A DNA stretch of 62,347 nucleotides, filler included, from 12 parts of 12 records of this genome joined end to end with filler, not necessarily neighbours in it, one strand, 5' to 3'. Positions 30,258 through 43,199 are shown, counted from the whole stretch's first letter. The notes: a model not told the origin generated them from the letters alone. Numbers and translations are program-made.

Positions 30258-33200
30258 TTCGCTGAACGATCTAATGCTTGATGGCGAGGACAGCGATCTG
30301 GGCTCGCTCAACGACTTGATGATAGGCAGCGGTGAAGATGAGGACAGCCAGCTGGACGACCAATCAGCTTCTGTGTCTTTGGCGAGCGAGGAGCAGTCGA
30401 CCGCGGGCCTGGACGAGTTTCTGGACGGGTTGGTGTCCAGTGGGAATGAGGAAAGCAAGGGCTCGCTGGACGATTTGTTGGGGGACGAGCCGGCCGAGGA
30501 CGATGAGAGCGACATGGGATCGCTCAATGAGCTGCTCAATGACAGCAGGGATTCACTGGACGACTTGTTGGACGAGGAAACATCGTCTGAGCAAGCTGAG
30601 GGCCAGCTGGAGGACGATGATGACGCGGAGAGTGTTGTGCTGGACGAATTCCTGGACGGCATGTTGTCCGAGATTGCCCAGGAAGCCGAGCAGGCCGAGC
30701 AGCCCGAGCAGGCAGACGCTGTCCAAGACCCACCGACGCGCAAGAAAGAGCGAATCTCCAAGCCAAACTGTATGCTTGCCTGCTTCATCTGTGGCGCGTG
30801 GTTCAACAATGGCTCGCTTGCGCCTCACTTTCGGAACTGCCTCAAGAAGCGTGTGCTGGAGGAGCCGGAGCTTGCACACCAGTCTGAATTTCTGCTAATG
30901 CAGTGTGTCCCAATCCCAGTAGGGGGGGTGAGCTCGCAGGCCGCAGTCGACCAGTTCAACAGCAACGCACAAGAGACGTATCGGCAGTCGCTGCCAACAT
31001 GCCCCAGCTGCGGGCATAGAGCGAGGAAGCCTTCGTTGCAGGTGCACATGCGGGGTTGTTGCCCGTCCACAGTGCTTTGGGACGCCCAAACTCACCACAC
31101 GCCCTCAAAGGGCTCATCTGCTTTGACCAATGCTCCGGTCACCCAGCACCTGCTAGTTATCTGCGCCACCTATCCTTTTTTGTATGATATAGCTTGACAG
31201 ATCTTCCCTTGTTGCAGGTCATCTGTCACCTTTGCGGCAAGCAATTCCCGATCCAGCAGCTCTCAATACACATCCCTCAGTGCCGGTCAAGGATTAGGGC
31301 AGCTCGCCAGAAAAAGAAGCGACGTGCTGTCGAGATGCGCCGCAAAGCCGCTCTCAACCAGGCAAAACTTGGTGACGAGAAGGGGTTGTTCCGGATGTCA
31401 GCCTCTCGATCCAAGATGCTCGGTACTTCCAGGCGAGCACCGGATAGCAATGGCCCAAAGCAGTCCGCTATGCGCTTCCAGTCCAGCATAGGAGCTTCAA
31501 CACAGGGGGTGAATCCCTTAATTTGATTTATGCTCAGACCTTGTGCAGGCGGCTTGGTCAACAATCCAACTCACGCCTGAAGTTCACTATATCAAGGATG
31601 AAAGTACAAGACAAAGAAGCGAAAGCCAGTCCTATGCCAAGCCAACTGCTTCAAGTGGCCGGCGCTCTAGTAGAAGCTTAGCTGCAAGCTCCGGAAAATT
31701 AGAGGCGGTGGAGCTAACAGCAACCCCTGGCTCTGCCCGAGACACGGCCCGCTCATCGCGTGCAGTTGTCTGCCACATCTGTGGTTCAAGATTTACAATT
31801 GCTTCACTGGCATTTCATATTCAAAGCTGCCTGCAAAAGCACAGAACAGCACAGAAAGAGGTGCTGCCAGCTAGTCTAGTCGTCGAGTTGTCAGAGACAG
31901 TGCCAAACATGTGTTTACCATGCAAAGGCTGGTCTCAAATGCAGGTACAGGAATATAACCAGGCAGCAGTCAGGCAGTTGAAGGCGTCGCAACATTCATG
32001 TCCAGGATGTCGCAAGTCATTCAAGACAGAACGGCTGCTGAGACACATGAGGGATTGCTGCCCAGCACTATTGAGAAAGGCAATGGGGATCGACCAACCA
32101 ACGCCAATGCGACGCAGGCAGCTGGAAGCTGATTCAATTGTACGGAGGTCACCAAAGAATTTGGACAGCACAGTGCCTTGTGGTGCGTCTCGCCCGAAGA
32201 ACAGTCTTCAGCAGTCCAACATAGGGTTGACCCCGAGGGCAAGTGAGTCCATGCAGAGCCACAGCAGCAAGAACCGTCTTCAGAAGTCCAACATGGGATT
32301 GACCCCAAGAGCAAGTGAATCCATGCAGAGCCACAGCAGTGAAGGGCATGCCACAGACGAGGTGGAGTTGAAACGAGAGAAAATCGAGGACAGCGACGTA
32401 GATCTAATGGAGGAGGCTCATGATGTTGTGAGCAATCAGAGTGATCTTCATTCGTCACAGCCTTTGACAAAGTTGCAGGATGAGAAAGAAAACAATAATG
32501 ATGACTTTAAGCGTCTCGGCTTCGACGCCGACATTCTGGCTGCACAAAGGGCCGGCTTGCTCGGAGAGAGACTTAAGAAGCAGGAGGAAGATGCAAGACA
32601 TGTAGTCGAGGAGAAGGAGGCCGCTCTAAAAGCGGCCGTAAAGGCAGCTGAGGAAGAGGAACAGAGGACGCGGCTTGCTTTGGAGCAGGTGCGGGCAGCA
32701 AAAAACGAGCTGGAAGCGAGAAGGGCGACAGATCACGAGGCGGTGCAAAATGCGGCAAGAGTAGAATCAACTACTTTAACTGGCGTGTTGATCAATGAGG
32801 CTGGTCAAAGACAGCAGGATGCAGCAGAAAATAAAGCGAGGCAGTCGAACAAACGTCAGTTTGTCACTATCAAAGTGCCTGAGGGTGGTAAACCTGGCCA
32901 GCAGTTGAATGTCAAGGTAAATGGCCAGCAGTGTGCCACAGTGTGCGTCCCTATGGATGCAAAAGCTGGGGATCCGATTCAAGTGGAGCTTCCAAGCGGA
33001 GATGCTACCGGCGCAGCCAGTGAGGAAGCACCCGCTTTGACCCACCAGCCAGATGGAGAGCCTGAGCGGCAGCGAGATCCACTCGATGCAGCATTTGAGC
33101 AGCACTACACGGAGTTGACACCTGAGGAACGAGGAGAGCCTGCTCTACCTGGAGAGTCTGAGCAATTGCCTGAACATGACAGCAACGGGACTGCTGTTAT

Positions 33201-33315
33201 GGAGCCTCTAGTCGAGGAAGAGGCAGCGGCTGCCGAGGCAGAAGAAGAGGCCAAGGCAGCCGAGGAGGCTGCTGCTGCCAAGGCTGCCGAGGAGGCCGCA
33301 GCTGCTAAGGCCGCT
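30258..33315 (+). CDS. Large protein with acidic repeats, multiple C2HC zinc fingers (ZC2HC1/ZNF474-like), coiled coil and AAEEAAAAK repeats; truncated at both ends
   Basis: Fingers CFICG...H...C, CHLCGKQF...HIPQC and CHICGSRF...HIQSC. Introns 31156-31217 and ~31509-31548. Confidence 0.75.
32197..32340 (+). repeat. 72-bp (24 aa) coding tandem duplication, 2 copies
   Basis: KNSLQQSNIGLTPRASESMQSHSS / KNRLQKSNMGLTPRASESMQSHSS. Confidence 0.9.
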
Positions 33316-33415
33316 NNNNNNNNNNNNNNNNNNNNNNNNNNNNNNNNNNNNNNNNNNNNTTAATTAATTAANNNNNNNNNNNNNNNNNNNNNNNNNNNNN
33401 NNNNNNNNNNNNNNN

Positions 33416-33660
33416 AGGCTCGTGTGCTGTTTGAGCGGATCGATGCAGATGCATCCGGGTACTTGGATCAGAACGAGTTAGTTGCTGTGGTTGGAGAAGA
33501 AGCTGCCCACGCTGTACTTACTGCAACGGATGGCGATCAAAACAATTTGGTTGATCTAGCCGAATGGATGGTGCTATTGAGTTCACTACCGGAGTTCGAG
33601 AGGTCACAAATGATGTCAACCATCGGCTCTACACTAGCCTCCTTTGAACGAGGAAAATGA
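33416..33660 (+). CDS. C-terminal EF-hand pair of a 5'-truncated gene
   Basis: EF loops DADASGYLDQNE and DGDQNNLVDLAE. Confidence 0.7.
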
Positions 33661-33866
33661 CTACGTGCTTGCAAAGTCAATGACGACCCATACTAGACCT
33701 TACATGTAACTAGACCCGTGATCAACTGCTTGTATAGTAGTATTGTTTCGCACTCTCAAAGAGTCTCTAGGAATCCAAGACCAACCCCCTAGATTCTCGG
33801 GACAGGCCTAGAATCTAGGGATGAATGCAGTTGATGCCATACAGTTGATGTTAAGTTGATGTTTAG

Positions 33867-35656
33867 CTACTCTTGGCTTTGGTCGAGCTCTTCGGCCTCA
33901 AACTGGCGCACGTGCTCCACCACGGCCTCCGCCAGCCACTCGGCCTCCACCTGCTCGCCCTCTTGCTGCACCACATCTCGGATATGGTGCCGCCTGCTCC
34001 CACCACCCTTGCACCCAAAGCTGTCGCCGTTCTCGGCATGTGCGTCGTACAGCGCGTCGTAGTGCCCGAGTAGCCCACGCACCACATCCGGGTACTGGCC
34101 CCGGTCCAGCTGTCCGCACAGCTCTGACACCCGCTCGGTGCCTAGCTTGCGCTCGAGCATCCGCATCGACTCGTGCATCTCTTTCGCCCACCGCTCAGGG
34201 TCGCTGCCCCGTGCCTCCGGGCCCGTGTACTCATCCAGCAGCAGCCGTACCCTGGCCGGCTCCGGCACAGAGATCTAACCCAACGCTCAGCCCTGCACCG
34301 GCGCGCCCTCACCCGAACCACCAGCGGAGCACAGCGAAGCATCGTGTACAGCCCAGGCGGAACGGTGCACTTGCCAACGAGCCTGTCGCCCATCAGCTCC
34401 GAACTAGCTCGTGCTCACCGGCCCTCGTCTTCAATAAACACCCAACGGTGCACGAACCGACACCCTGGCTGCTGGGCCAGCCGCTGCCAGGCCAAAGCTC
34501 ACAGAGCGGCTGCCAAGGCTCGCACCGCAGCTTCGCGCCAGGCCTGTGCCACGTTATTGGTATATTGCTCAATAGACGGCTGATACTCGCACTCGCGGTC
34601 GCCCCGACCGCACCAGCCGAACGCCGAGCCGCGGTGATTGGCCAGCCCCTCCAGATCCACCATCGGCTGGCCCATGCGCCCGAGCGCTTCAAGTACACGA
34701 GTCTTGCCCGTACCGGTCCTGCCAGCCACGATGCATACCCGGAGCATGCGCATCGCGGGCTCGAGCCCAACCGCCGCCCACTCGTCGTGCGACATGGCTA
34801 CCGGCCGGAGCGGGGATAGCTCCTGCGCGCGGGTGCACGCCAGCTGGAGCTGCCTCTGCTGCTCCGCCCTGACCTTGTGACCTCGCTTCACCTGCTTCTT
34901 CTTGGCCTTGTTGAACAGCTTCTTCTCCGCCTTGCGCAGCCGGGCCGGCCCAGCCTCCCTGGCCACTGGCTCGGCCTCCTCTGTGGGCTCGGCATCCACT
35001 GCAGTCTTCTCCGGCTCCTCCGGCTCCTCACGGCTCGGCTCAGTCTGCGCGTGCTCCGGCTCCGGGACCTGAACGGCCCGATCCCACAAGCTGCCCACCC
35101 ATCCCCGGTACGCCTTATACCCCCCCGCCAGGGTGACCGCCGACAGCCCGTTCTCGCGGAGCAAGACGGCCACAGCCCCGGAGCGCATCCCACCCCGCCA
35201 GCAGTGCACCGCAAGCGCCGGCCCGAGCCGCCGGGCAGCCGCCACCAGTGCTGGCAGCCGTGGACGGACCAGCCGAATCGCCAGCACCATTGCGGGCTGC
35301 TTGCCCTGCTCGGCGAACAGAGTGCCCACCGCCGCCCGCTCCTCGTTGCCGAGCAACGGAAGCGACGCCGCCCCGGGGATGTGCCCCTGGGCGTACTCAG
35401 CGGGGGAGCGCACGTCGATGATCGGGAGCCCGGCCTGGAGGAACTCGGGCACCGCAAGCCCCGGCGGGACTGGCCCGTCGGGACACTTGAGCAGCGCCCG
35501 CAGCCGGATCATCGCAGCCAAGTCGGCCCCCGGGGAGCTGCCGGCGGTTAGCCGAGCCAGAAGCGCCGGAACCGACTCGTCCGTCGGCTCGCGCCTGCGC
35601 AGCCACCGCAGGGCCAGCCCCAGCGCTGCGGCAGCCCCGAGCAGATCCGGCCACAT
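33867..35656 (-). CDS. selU: tRNA 2-selenouridine(34) synthase-like (rhodanese + P-loop), 3 introns
   Basis: Motifs IIDVRSPAEYAQGHIPGA.SLPLL..EERAAVGT, HCWRGGMRS, LAGGYKAYR, GRTGTGKT, DLEGLANHRGSAFG, QPS, FIEDEGRLVG, RVRLLLDEY and HYDALY. GT-AG introns 34484-34525, 34383-34418 and 34275-34312. Confidence 0.9.
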
Positions 35657-35699
35657 GCCGACGCGCGCGGCTGGTGTCGCGAAAAATCTCACCTCGAGG

Positions 35700-36745
35700 A
35701 TGGGCGAAATCGCCTGGGTCCGCCGGGCGCTCACATTCACAGTGCTGGTGCCCCCGGCCGTGTACATGGCCTGGACGAGCCAGCCGGCGGCCACGCTGCT
35801 CTGCGCGCTGTTCGTTGCCGGCGGCTCTTTCGAGTACGCCGGGCTGCTCCCTAGATTGCTGGCCGGAAAGCAGTCGGCCCACTGGCCCGCGACTGAGCCG
35901 CCCACCGCCTGGGCCCAGACGGCTGGGGGGCTGCTGCTCTGCCTGGCGGCCAGTGGCGGGAGCCGAGAGGCTCTGGACGCGGCGCTGGCGCTGGTTGCGG
36001 CAGGTCTAGGGCTGCTGATGAGCGCAGGCAGCCGGGCCGAGTAGTAGGCTGACTGAGCAGTCTGCAGGTGGTCGCGGGTTTGTGTCGGTGGCGCTGGGGC
36101 TGTTCGGGTTGTGGTGCGGTCGGCTCCCGGGGCGGGGAGGAGCGCTGGCAGGTGGATTGGATGGACGATGGCGCACGCGCTGCTGCTTCGGCAGTCGGCC
36201 GGCCCGGGGCTGGCGGTGGGCACTCTCCTCTCCTGTTTCATCGGCGACACAGGTCTGCCCACCTTCTCGCACGACTGACGGTCGGCAGCGGCCCTGGTGG
36301 TCGGCCGCGCAATCACGCGCTGCGGTTTCCGGCCGGCGCTGCTGGCGCCGGCCCTCAGCCCGAAGAAGACCTGGGCAGGGGTGCTGGGGCACCTGGCCGG
36401 CAGTGTGGCCACCTGTGATGCACTGCACCGGTCGGGCGTGGTGCCATGCGGGCATGGCGATGCGGTAGTGCTCGGGCTCTTGATATCCGTCTGCTGTGTG
36501 CTGGGTGTGCCTGCTGTGTGTGCCGCGCCCACCGGCCATTAGGCGACTTGCTCGAATCCATGATGAAGCGGGCTGCCGAGGTTAAGGACGCCAGTAGCAT
36601 CTTCCCGGGACACGGTGCCCGCGGGCGCTGTGCAACAAGGATGAGCCGAGCGGCAGGTGGTTTCTTGGACCGATTGGACGGCTTGCTTGTCGCCTTCCCG
36701 GCCGTGTACTGCTACGTGAGCTGGCGTGGCATAACTAATAACTGA
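35700..36745 (+). CDS. cdsA: Phosphatidate cytidylyltransferase (CDP-DAG synthase), short CdsA type; ~5 introns
   Basis: Polytopic membrane protein with [16 protein letters not shown] and [31 protein letters not shown]. Confidence 0.88.
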
Positions 36746-37116
36746 GCGTGTCAGCGCCAAGCCGACACAACACAAGTTTGGGTACTTTAAAAATCATGCT
36801 CGTCCTCGTAACGTGTGCATAATCACGGCATACGCACGTAAACCGACAATGCAATATTGTGATATCGATGCGAATAGTGACCTTGCCCTTACGTGAGGGT
36901 GGTCGTCGTCACCAACCAACGGTTGCGGTAAGTCTTTGATGAGCCGGCAGTCGTGGCTCATGTCCGCATGTCGTGGCTCATGTTTACCCTCAGCGCGCCC
37001 CCTGAAAGAGTACCGGTAACGTCTCCCGTGCCACAAAGCGCTCGTGGCCAGTTGGCGCGGCGCCACCTGCTGCTGCAGCCGAGGCGGAGAGGCTGAAGGG
37101 CTGCGAGCTGGACGAG

Positions 37117-37892
37117 ATGGGCTCGACTGAGCAGCACGAGGGGCTGCTCCCGATCCGCGAGAACTCGCCGGATGACCCCGCACTGCCCGACAGTCTCGCC
37201 ACCCCCCCAGACACTCCGCCGTCCGAGCTCGAGGACCCCGCGCTGGCCCGCTCGGACGAGGTGCGGCCAGTCGGCCGGGCAGGGTTGACCTGTAGCGCAG
37301 GCGTTGACGCCGATCCCCCCTCCGGCGAAGAGCGCCAAGAAGCGCACCCGCCAGAGGGTCTCTTTCAACGATAGGGTCACCGACCTCGCTACCCAGGCCG
37401 CCTGGCCAATCACCGGCCGAGATGAGTCGGGCGGGCAGGAAGAGTACACGCGCTATTTCGAGGCGTATGTCACAAGGTGCTACAGCGGCTGCTTTGATAG
37501 CAAGCCGGTGCGGGAGCTTGAGTGGCCCGGCGGCGGAGGCTGTGGGGGCAGTCGTGCGGGATTCGAGTACGGACAGACACCCGGTCGTGGGTGGTCCGGC
37601 GGCAGATTCAGCAGCTGGAGGAGCTTCGGCTGACGGTGTTTCGCCGGGTCGGGCAGTTGCTGATCCGAGCCAGATGTTGATGCATATGGAACTGGACGAA
37701 GATAAGACGCCGATACCGGAGGTCGGTCTAACGCTAGACTCGACCTCGGGCTTCCTGCTCTATCTGCTCCGGTGGCGGCGCGCCCGGGCCCGGCAGGACG
37801 GCTCGGCAGGAACTGGAAGCTGGCTCGGAGCTGTGCGCTGGAGCAGCTCGGGGTGCTGTTGGGATTTGCCAATCACGTGTGGGCTAGGGTAG
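37117..37892 (+). CDS. Multi-exon hypothetical protein with a KKRTRQRVSF (RVxF-like) motif
   Basis: ATG 37117; short GT and GC introns link successive ORFs; 3' end uncertain. Confidence 0.4.
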
Positions 37893-38643
37893 CTGAAGCG
37901 CTGACTGGTGGGGCAGGCTTGCGGAGTCGAGAACTATATCCCGTACCTTGACACAGTAGAGGAGAGATACAAGCGGCGGACCGAGGAGAAACCGTGCTGC
38001 GATGTGTGCTGCGTAGTGCTCTGAGGCTTTGGGCGGGTTCGTTGTCACATTAGAGCGCCCATACGAGCACATGCGGTGCAGGCCGTCGGCTGGCTGGATG
38101 GGCACTGGTGGACGCGCCGGCTGCGGGAGGTGGTGCCGCTCGAGCTAGAAAAGGCCCGGTTGAGGATGCCTAGCTAGCCGGAGCGGAAGCCGAGNNNNNN
38201 NNNNNNNNNNNNNNNNNNNNNNNNNNNNNNNNNNNNNNTTAATTAATTAANNNNNNNNNNNNNNNNNNNNNNNNNNNNNNNNNNNNNNNNNNNNGGCCAG
38301 AGAGATGAGCACAGCTGCAGCGACGGAGCCCACTACGCGCAGCATGTTGACGAGCTTGCACGCGCGCTCAATACTTGGCTGATGAGCGCCGTGAACGCGA
38401 ACGTTGAGAACTGAGGACTTGTTGGTGTCCTCAACGGCATGCGCTGCGCACTTCATGGTGTAGTATAGTAAGTATACCAGTACGGTGCAGTATACGCGTA
38501 TACGGTTGCACGCACTTGCAGCTGACTTGCAGCTGGGTTCGTTTAGCGGTTGACATCTTATAATTCTTATTGACATCTAACTACCATTATACTGGACATT
38601 AATCATGCCGGGTGATAAGCGATTAAATGGATGCTGATTTAAT

Positions 38644-40634
38644 TTACGCGTTTACGTTGTGATGCGCCTCGAGCAGCTCGAGAAGCCTGTCCACTTTGCT
38701 CTCCACCCGCGTCATCCGGCTCTCAATCGTACCCAGCCGCACACTCACCGAGAATTGGGCCGTCGCCGCCTCTACTTTGGACTCGATCCGGTCAATTGCA
38801 GCCTCCAAGGAGCCCAGCCGTTCGAGATCCGCAGCCTCAGGCGCACTCCCAGCTTGCGGCTCATCCACAGCTGAAGGAGCCGGCTCGGCATCTAGCCTCC
38901 TCGACTCTTCTAGAGCCGGCTCAGCGGAGTGGGCAGGCCAGGTCATCTGAAACCTCAGTTAAAAGCGCGCTGGCAGTCGCTGCACCGCGAATTCGTGCAG
39001 GGTTAGAGTCATCTCAGCCCCTCCCGCAAACCTGAACAAGTCCTGTGCCGGAGCACCATCCGGTTGCACAGTGGCTAGCACAAGGAGCTTGCCCTGGGCT
39101 GTGACCTATCCTCTGCTGGCTCGTGGCCGGCCACCTCGCAGGCACCTCAAGCCCCTCAACACCTCTAATGCCCTGAGCAAGCTGAAACGCCCTCACTTGC
39201 TCCGAACTGGATCCCGCAGAGACCATAGCCACAAGCCCACTAGCAGGACTGGCCACCAGCAGTATGTTCTCCGCCTGCGCCTGCTGGCCCTCACGCCGTC
39301 AGGCACACACCTCACTGTATCCTGCCACAACCGGGTCGAGCAGAGGCACTGGCACACTCCGGTCGAGCTGCGGCGGCCGGGCCACGCCATAAGACACAAA
39401 GCATACTCGGCCGCCTGACAGTCCAGTCGTCACGCCGCCACGATCGGTGGCGCACCGCCTCCAGGCCGGCTCTGCTCACTCGCCCGCTCCAGTGGCCGCA
39501 ACCCTGCCAGGCCCTTACCCACGCACACCGGTCTCGAACCGCGCAGGTCGATGGCGCGCTGGTCGGCCTCGAGCTGGAAAATCGCGGCTGTGGATTGAGG
39601 TGAGATGGCTGGGGCACGGTGTTAGCGACCTGGCTGTACTGGAGGTGGCAGGAGCATCATGCTGGGCACTTGGACCTCCAGCGAACTCGCAGCCACACAG
39701 CGCAGCCCCGCCAGCGCGTCTATGCCCTCCCCGCTGCCCCTAGCTCGCCCCACACCCGGCCGGGCGCACCCGAAGTCGGTAGGGGGCTGGTCCTCGACAG
39801 GTGTGAGCAGTGACGGGCCCGAGCTGTCGTGCAGTGTCAGCTTGGCTTCACAGCACACCGCCATCCGGCGGCCATCGAGGGCGCAGCCGGTCCGGGCCCC
39901 GGGGATTGGGATCGTGTGCACTTGGTGCATGGCGTCCCACATCCCCGGAACATTAAACATGACGGCACTCAGCCGCCCGCCGTGACACACACACAGCGCG
40001 TCACCAGGCTGGCTCCAGGCGCAATGGCCCGCGGGCTCGGGCTCTACTGGGATCCGTGCGAGCAGCTGCCCGTGCTTGGCCTCCCCCGTGCTGTAGATCA
40101 GCACAGATCCGGGTACAGACACCTGCCCTCCCCCAGGGTGGCCCTGTCCCCGGGCGGCAGTCACACCGCCACAACCGGCTCAGTTGGGTGACAGTCCAGC
40201 CCACCAGCAGCCTCGGCCCCGGCCAGCACTGTCACCGGCCCGCTGCCCGCGGCTCGTCTCCCGCCCGGGCCGCTCGGCACCATTCTCGGCTGATTCCGCA
40301 GCCATCCGCGCCCCGCAGCACCAGCGCCGCCCCGTCACTGGACCACTGGACTGCCCGCACCGGCCCGAGTGCACTGCCGCCCGGTTCGGCACCGGCCCGC
40401 CGGGTGCGGCCGCCTGTGCTCCAGGGGAGGGCCCGGCTGCAGGTGGGAGACACCCTGGAGGTCGGTGCACAGTTCCCCGAGCTGCAGCTCCCGGCCCGAG
40501 CTCCAGCTGATTCGACCGGTGGCCCGGTCCAGCGCTGCACCGCAACCTCAGGCCGCCCGGCCGGCGCGGGCACCGCGGTGCAGCCGGTTGCCAGGGCTGC
40601 CCCCGGGACTCCGGAACCCTCCGAGCTCGATCAT
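38644..40634 (-). CDS. WD40/beta-propeller plus C-terminal coiled coil, WDCP (C2orf44)-like; multi-exon
   Basis: Spliced N-terminus MIELG...GNRLHRALDRATGRISWSSGRELQL, WD-like VRAVQWSSDG and HCAWSQPGD, and a heptad C-terminus LEAAIDRIESKV...VDRLLELL. Confidence 0.55.
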
Positions 40635-40694
40635 GCTCACTTGGCGCCAAGACCCCGTTGGCAATTTATAACGGAAGGCGAGGCCAAGAGCAAC

Positions 40695-41145
40695 ATGAGG
40701 ATCTCACTGTCGCAGCCACTGCTGGTGTGTTTGTTGGGGCTTGCGGCGGCGAGCGGACGGGTCCCGCTCCCGACCGCGGCGTTCGCCGAGCCGGTGCCGG
40801 TGATTCCTCGCCGGTCGTCGACTGCCGAGGACTGCCCGAAGCCGGAGTGCGCCCAGCCGCCCAGCCAGTGCCCCAAGAATTCGCACATGGGCGTCGAGAC
40901 TGATAAGGTGCCTCGGGGCGCGGCCGAGCCAGACGGAGGGGCAGCGCGGTTGCCAGTTCTGCACCAACTGCCTGTCGGACGTGGATGGATCGCCGGTGGA
41001 GGTGCCCACGTGCTGGCGCAAGGGGGGGGCGGTGTGCGCCCCGGCGGACTGCCCAGCCGGAATGAGTGGGGTCGAGATCCGACCGGCCGGGGCGGGCGGG
41101 GCCGAGCCGTGCTGCCCGACCTATGGCTGCAGCCCCCAGCGATAG
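40695..41145 (+). CDS. Small secreted cysteine-rich protein (antistasin/VWC-like Cys pattern), one intron
   Basis: Signal peptide; CP..EC....QCP....VETDKRGCQFCTNC and C..ADCP...PCCPTYGC after removing a 37-nt GT-AG intron at ~40908-40944. Confidence 0.6.
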
Positions 41146-41580
41146 AGTCGCCTGACCACTGCGCAGCTGACCCTCAGCGGTAGTCACTAGCTTCGACGAC
41201 GTCGACACGAGATCAAGTGTACATTATTAGCAAACTTTACATAGTTATAAAGCGCTATCCCCAGGAAGCACATTGTCGCAGCCGCCATCTCCGATCAAAA
41301 TCCCCCATGCCAGCCCTCGACGAAAATCTTCTCCCAATATCATCTTGCGACCACAATCGATCGCACGCCGCTGCCATCAACGCTATCTAGCATGCATCCC
41401 TTGCAAGCTCCCAGCCGTCGACAGCGCCCCCCACACAGCCGCCGCCCGGTCCACCGCGCGCGCGTCGTGGCCACCCCCAATCCGCTATACTCTGCACCGA
41501 TCCACAGCCAGTAGCTTGTCTGGCCCCCCAGCTACATTGACCGGCCTGTCAGCCACAGGACAGCCGATTATTTCCCGTTA

Positions 41581-42899
41581 TTACGTCTGGAGCTGGGTCT
41601 CCATAAACTCCACACACATGTACCTGCCCCGCCTGCTCATATCCACAGCACGTCATCGTCCGGACCTGAGCGCTGGTATCTTGAGCTGGTCGGCGGCCAG
41701 CAGCACCCCGCCGCACTGCAGCGTGTCCACCAGCTCCAGCTCGCCCGTATCCAGGAATGCCAGCGCCAGCTGGACAGCTTGTGGCTCGAGCCCTTGAACC
41801 GTCAACTCGCTCGCTTGCTTGTCCTGTGCCCGGAACCAGCCGCTTCCTTGGTCCAGTTTGCGCCGCACCCCCCGCATTGTCAGCCGACTGTCCCCGCCTG
41901 CCCCCGCTCTGCCCCCTCCGCCCGGCCACCCACCCGGCCCGATCGCGACTACAGTGACATCCGCATCCTTCGGCCCCACAGCCGCCGGCGGACTTGGCGG
42001 CTCCGGCAACGGCGGAGGGCTGGACGTCTCCGGCGGCGGCTCGAGCTCCGCGAGCAGCTCGTCCGCCAGCTGGCCGCACTGGCGTGACCGCTCGGCGCTA
42101 GGGCTCAGGATGCTCTGCTCCGGCCCCGATGAGACAGTCACTCTTGGGCCGGACGAATCGCTCGGCGCAAACACTGTCAGCTGCGGCTTGGGCTCGATCG
42201 GCCGGATTGGTGTGCCGGCCGGCTGCGGCGCCTCTGAGAGCAGCTGCTGTGCCTCGAGCAGCTCCTTCCTGAGCACCTGCACCCACTGCTCACCCAGCGC
42301 CTCTGCCCAGGCACCCGCTGCTCGGCCTGCTCCAGCTCAAACTGCTCGCGCGACTCCGTCAGCCGCCGGGAGAGCTGCCGTATCACTGCCCGAGCGTCCG
42401 CCTCGATTGTCATGCGCGCCTCCTCGGCCTGCGCCGTTCTCAGCAAGCCGCGCGGGTCGGCCGGTGCCTCGCGCATGCGGCGGGAGGTCTCCAGGTCACG
42501 CCGCTCGAGCTCCTGCGTGTACAGCGCCTGGATTCGCTTGGCCCGTATCTGGCTCTTGATTGCCTTGGCGTTGGCCATCTCCACGTCGTGAGCCTGCCCG
42601 GGCTGAGTGTCCGCCGGCAGGGCGGCACCGTGCTCTGGAGCTGCGCCTCGAGCTGTCCGACGTACTCCCACAGCTCATCGAGCTCGGCCTTGGCCTGGGA
42701 GAGAGCCAGCGCACCGTCGCCGTCCAATACCCGCCGAGTCCGCGTGCCTAGTTGCTCGAGCAGCCCGCTCACCGGCTCCGGGCCTGGCGCCGGGTGGGCG
42801 GGCTGGGCGGCACGGGGCGGCACCGGGCGACGGCTCGGGCTCCGGGTCCAGGTCGAGCGCCCGGTGGTCGAGTGCCTCTGGCTGCAAGGCCATGCTCAT
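41581..42899 (-). CDS. Coiled-coil protein with C-terminal BTB/POZ domain; multi-exon
   Basis: ADVTVV...SGWFRA...LAFLDTGEL...VLLAADQLKIPALRYMCVEFM (last exon follows a GT-AG intron). Confidence 0.7.
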
Positions 42900-43199
42900 C
42901 AAGCTACCTGTGCCAGACCATTTCCAGACTCGTGCCGTTATCCTCGCGGCCAGCTCATGGTGGCGCACAGCCGCCCCCTCTGAGTCCTCTCCGCGGCGAG
43001 CCCCTCGCTCACAAGCAGGTGGAACCTCGCCTTAGACCGTCCGACGGCACGCGGCTAGACCCCGCCTGCCGCCCGGCCCTCCCACTCCGTCCGCCGCTGC
43101 CCGACCCCGCTGCCTGACCCCCTCTGTACCAAGCAGGACGGGCCACAACTCCAGACTGACGGCTGGGTGTTGCAGCGCCGTCGGAGCTAGCGCAGGGCG

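Noticed and set aside
33230-33660. EF-hand fragment as the continuation of the zinc-finger gene across the gap
   Set aside because: Contig adjacency is artificial, so continuity cannot be supported from this sequence.
33867-36745. Selenocysteine or stop-codon reassignment, suggested by in-frame TGA/TAG and the presence of selU
   Set aside because: Every in-frame stop I traced lies inside a removable short intron; TGA, TAG and TAA all terminate genes normally.
33867-36745. Bacterial operon or contaminant contig (selU next to cdsA)
   Set aside because: The genes are divergent and both contain multiple host-style spliceosomal introns.
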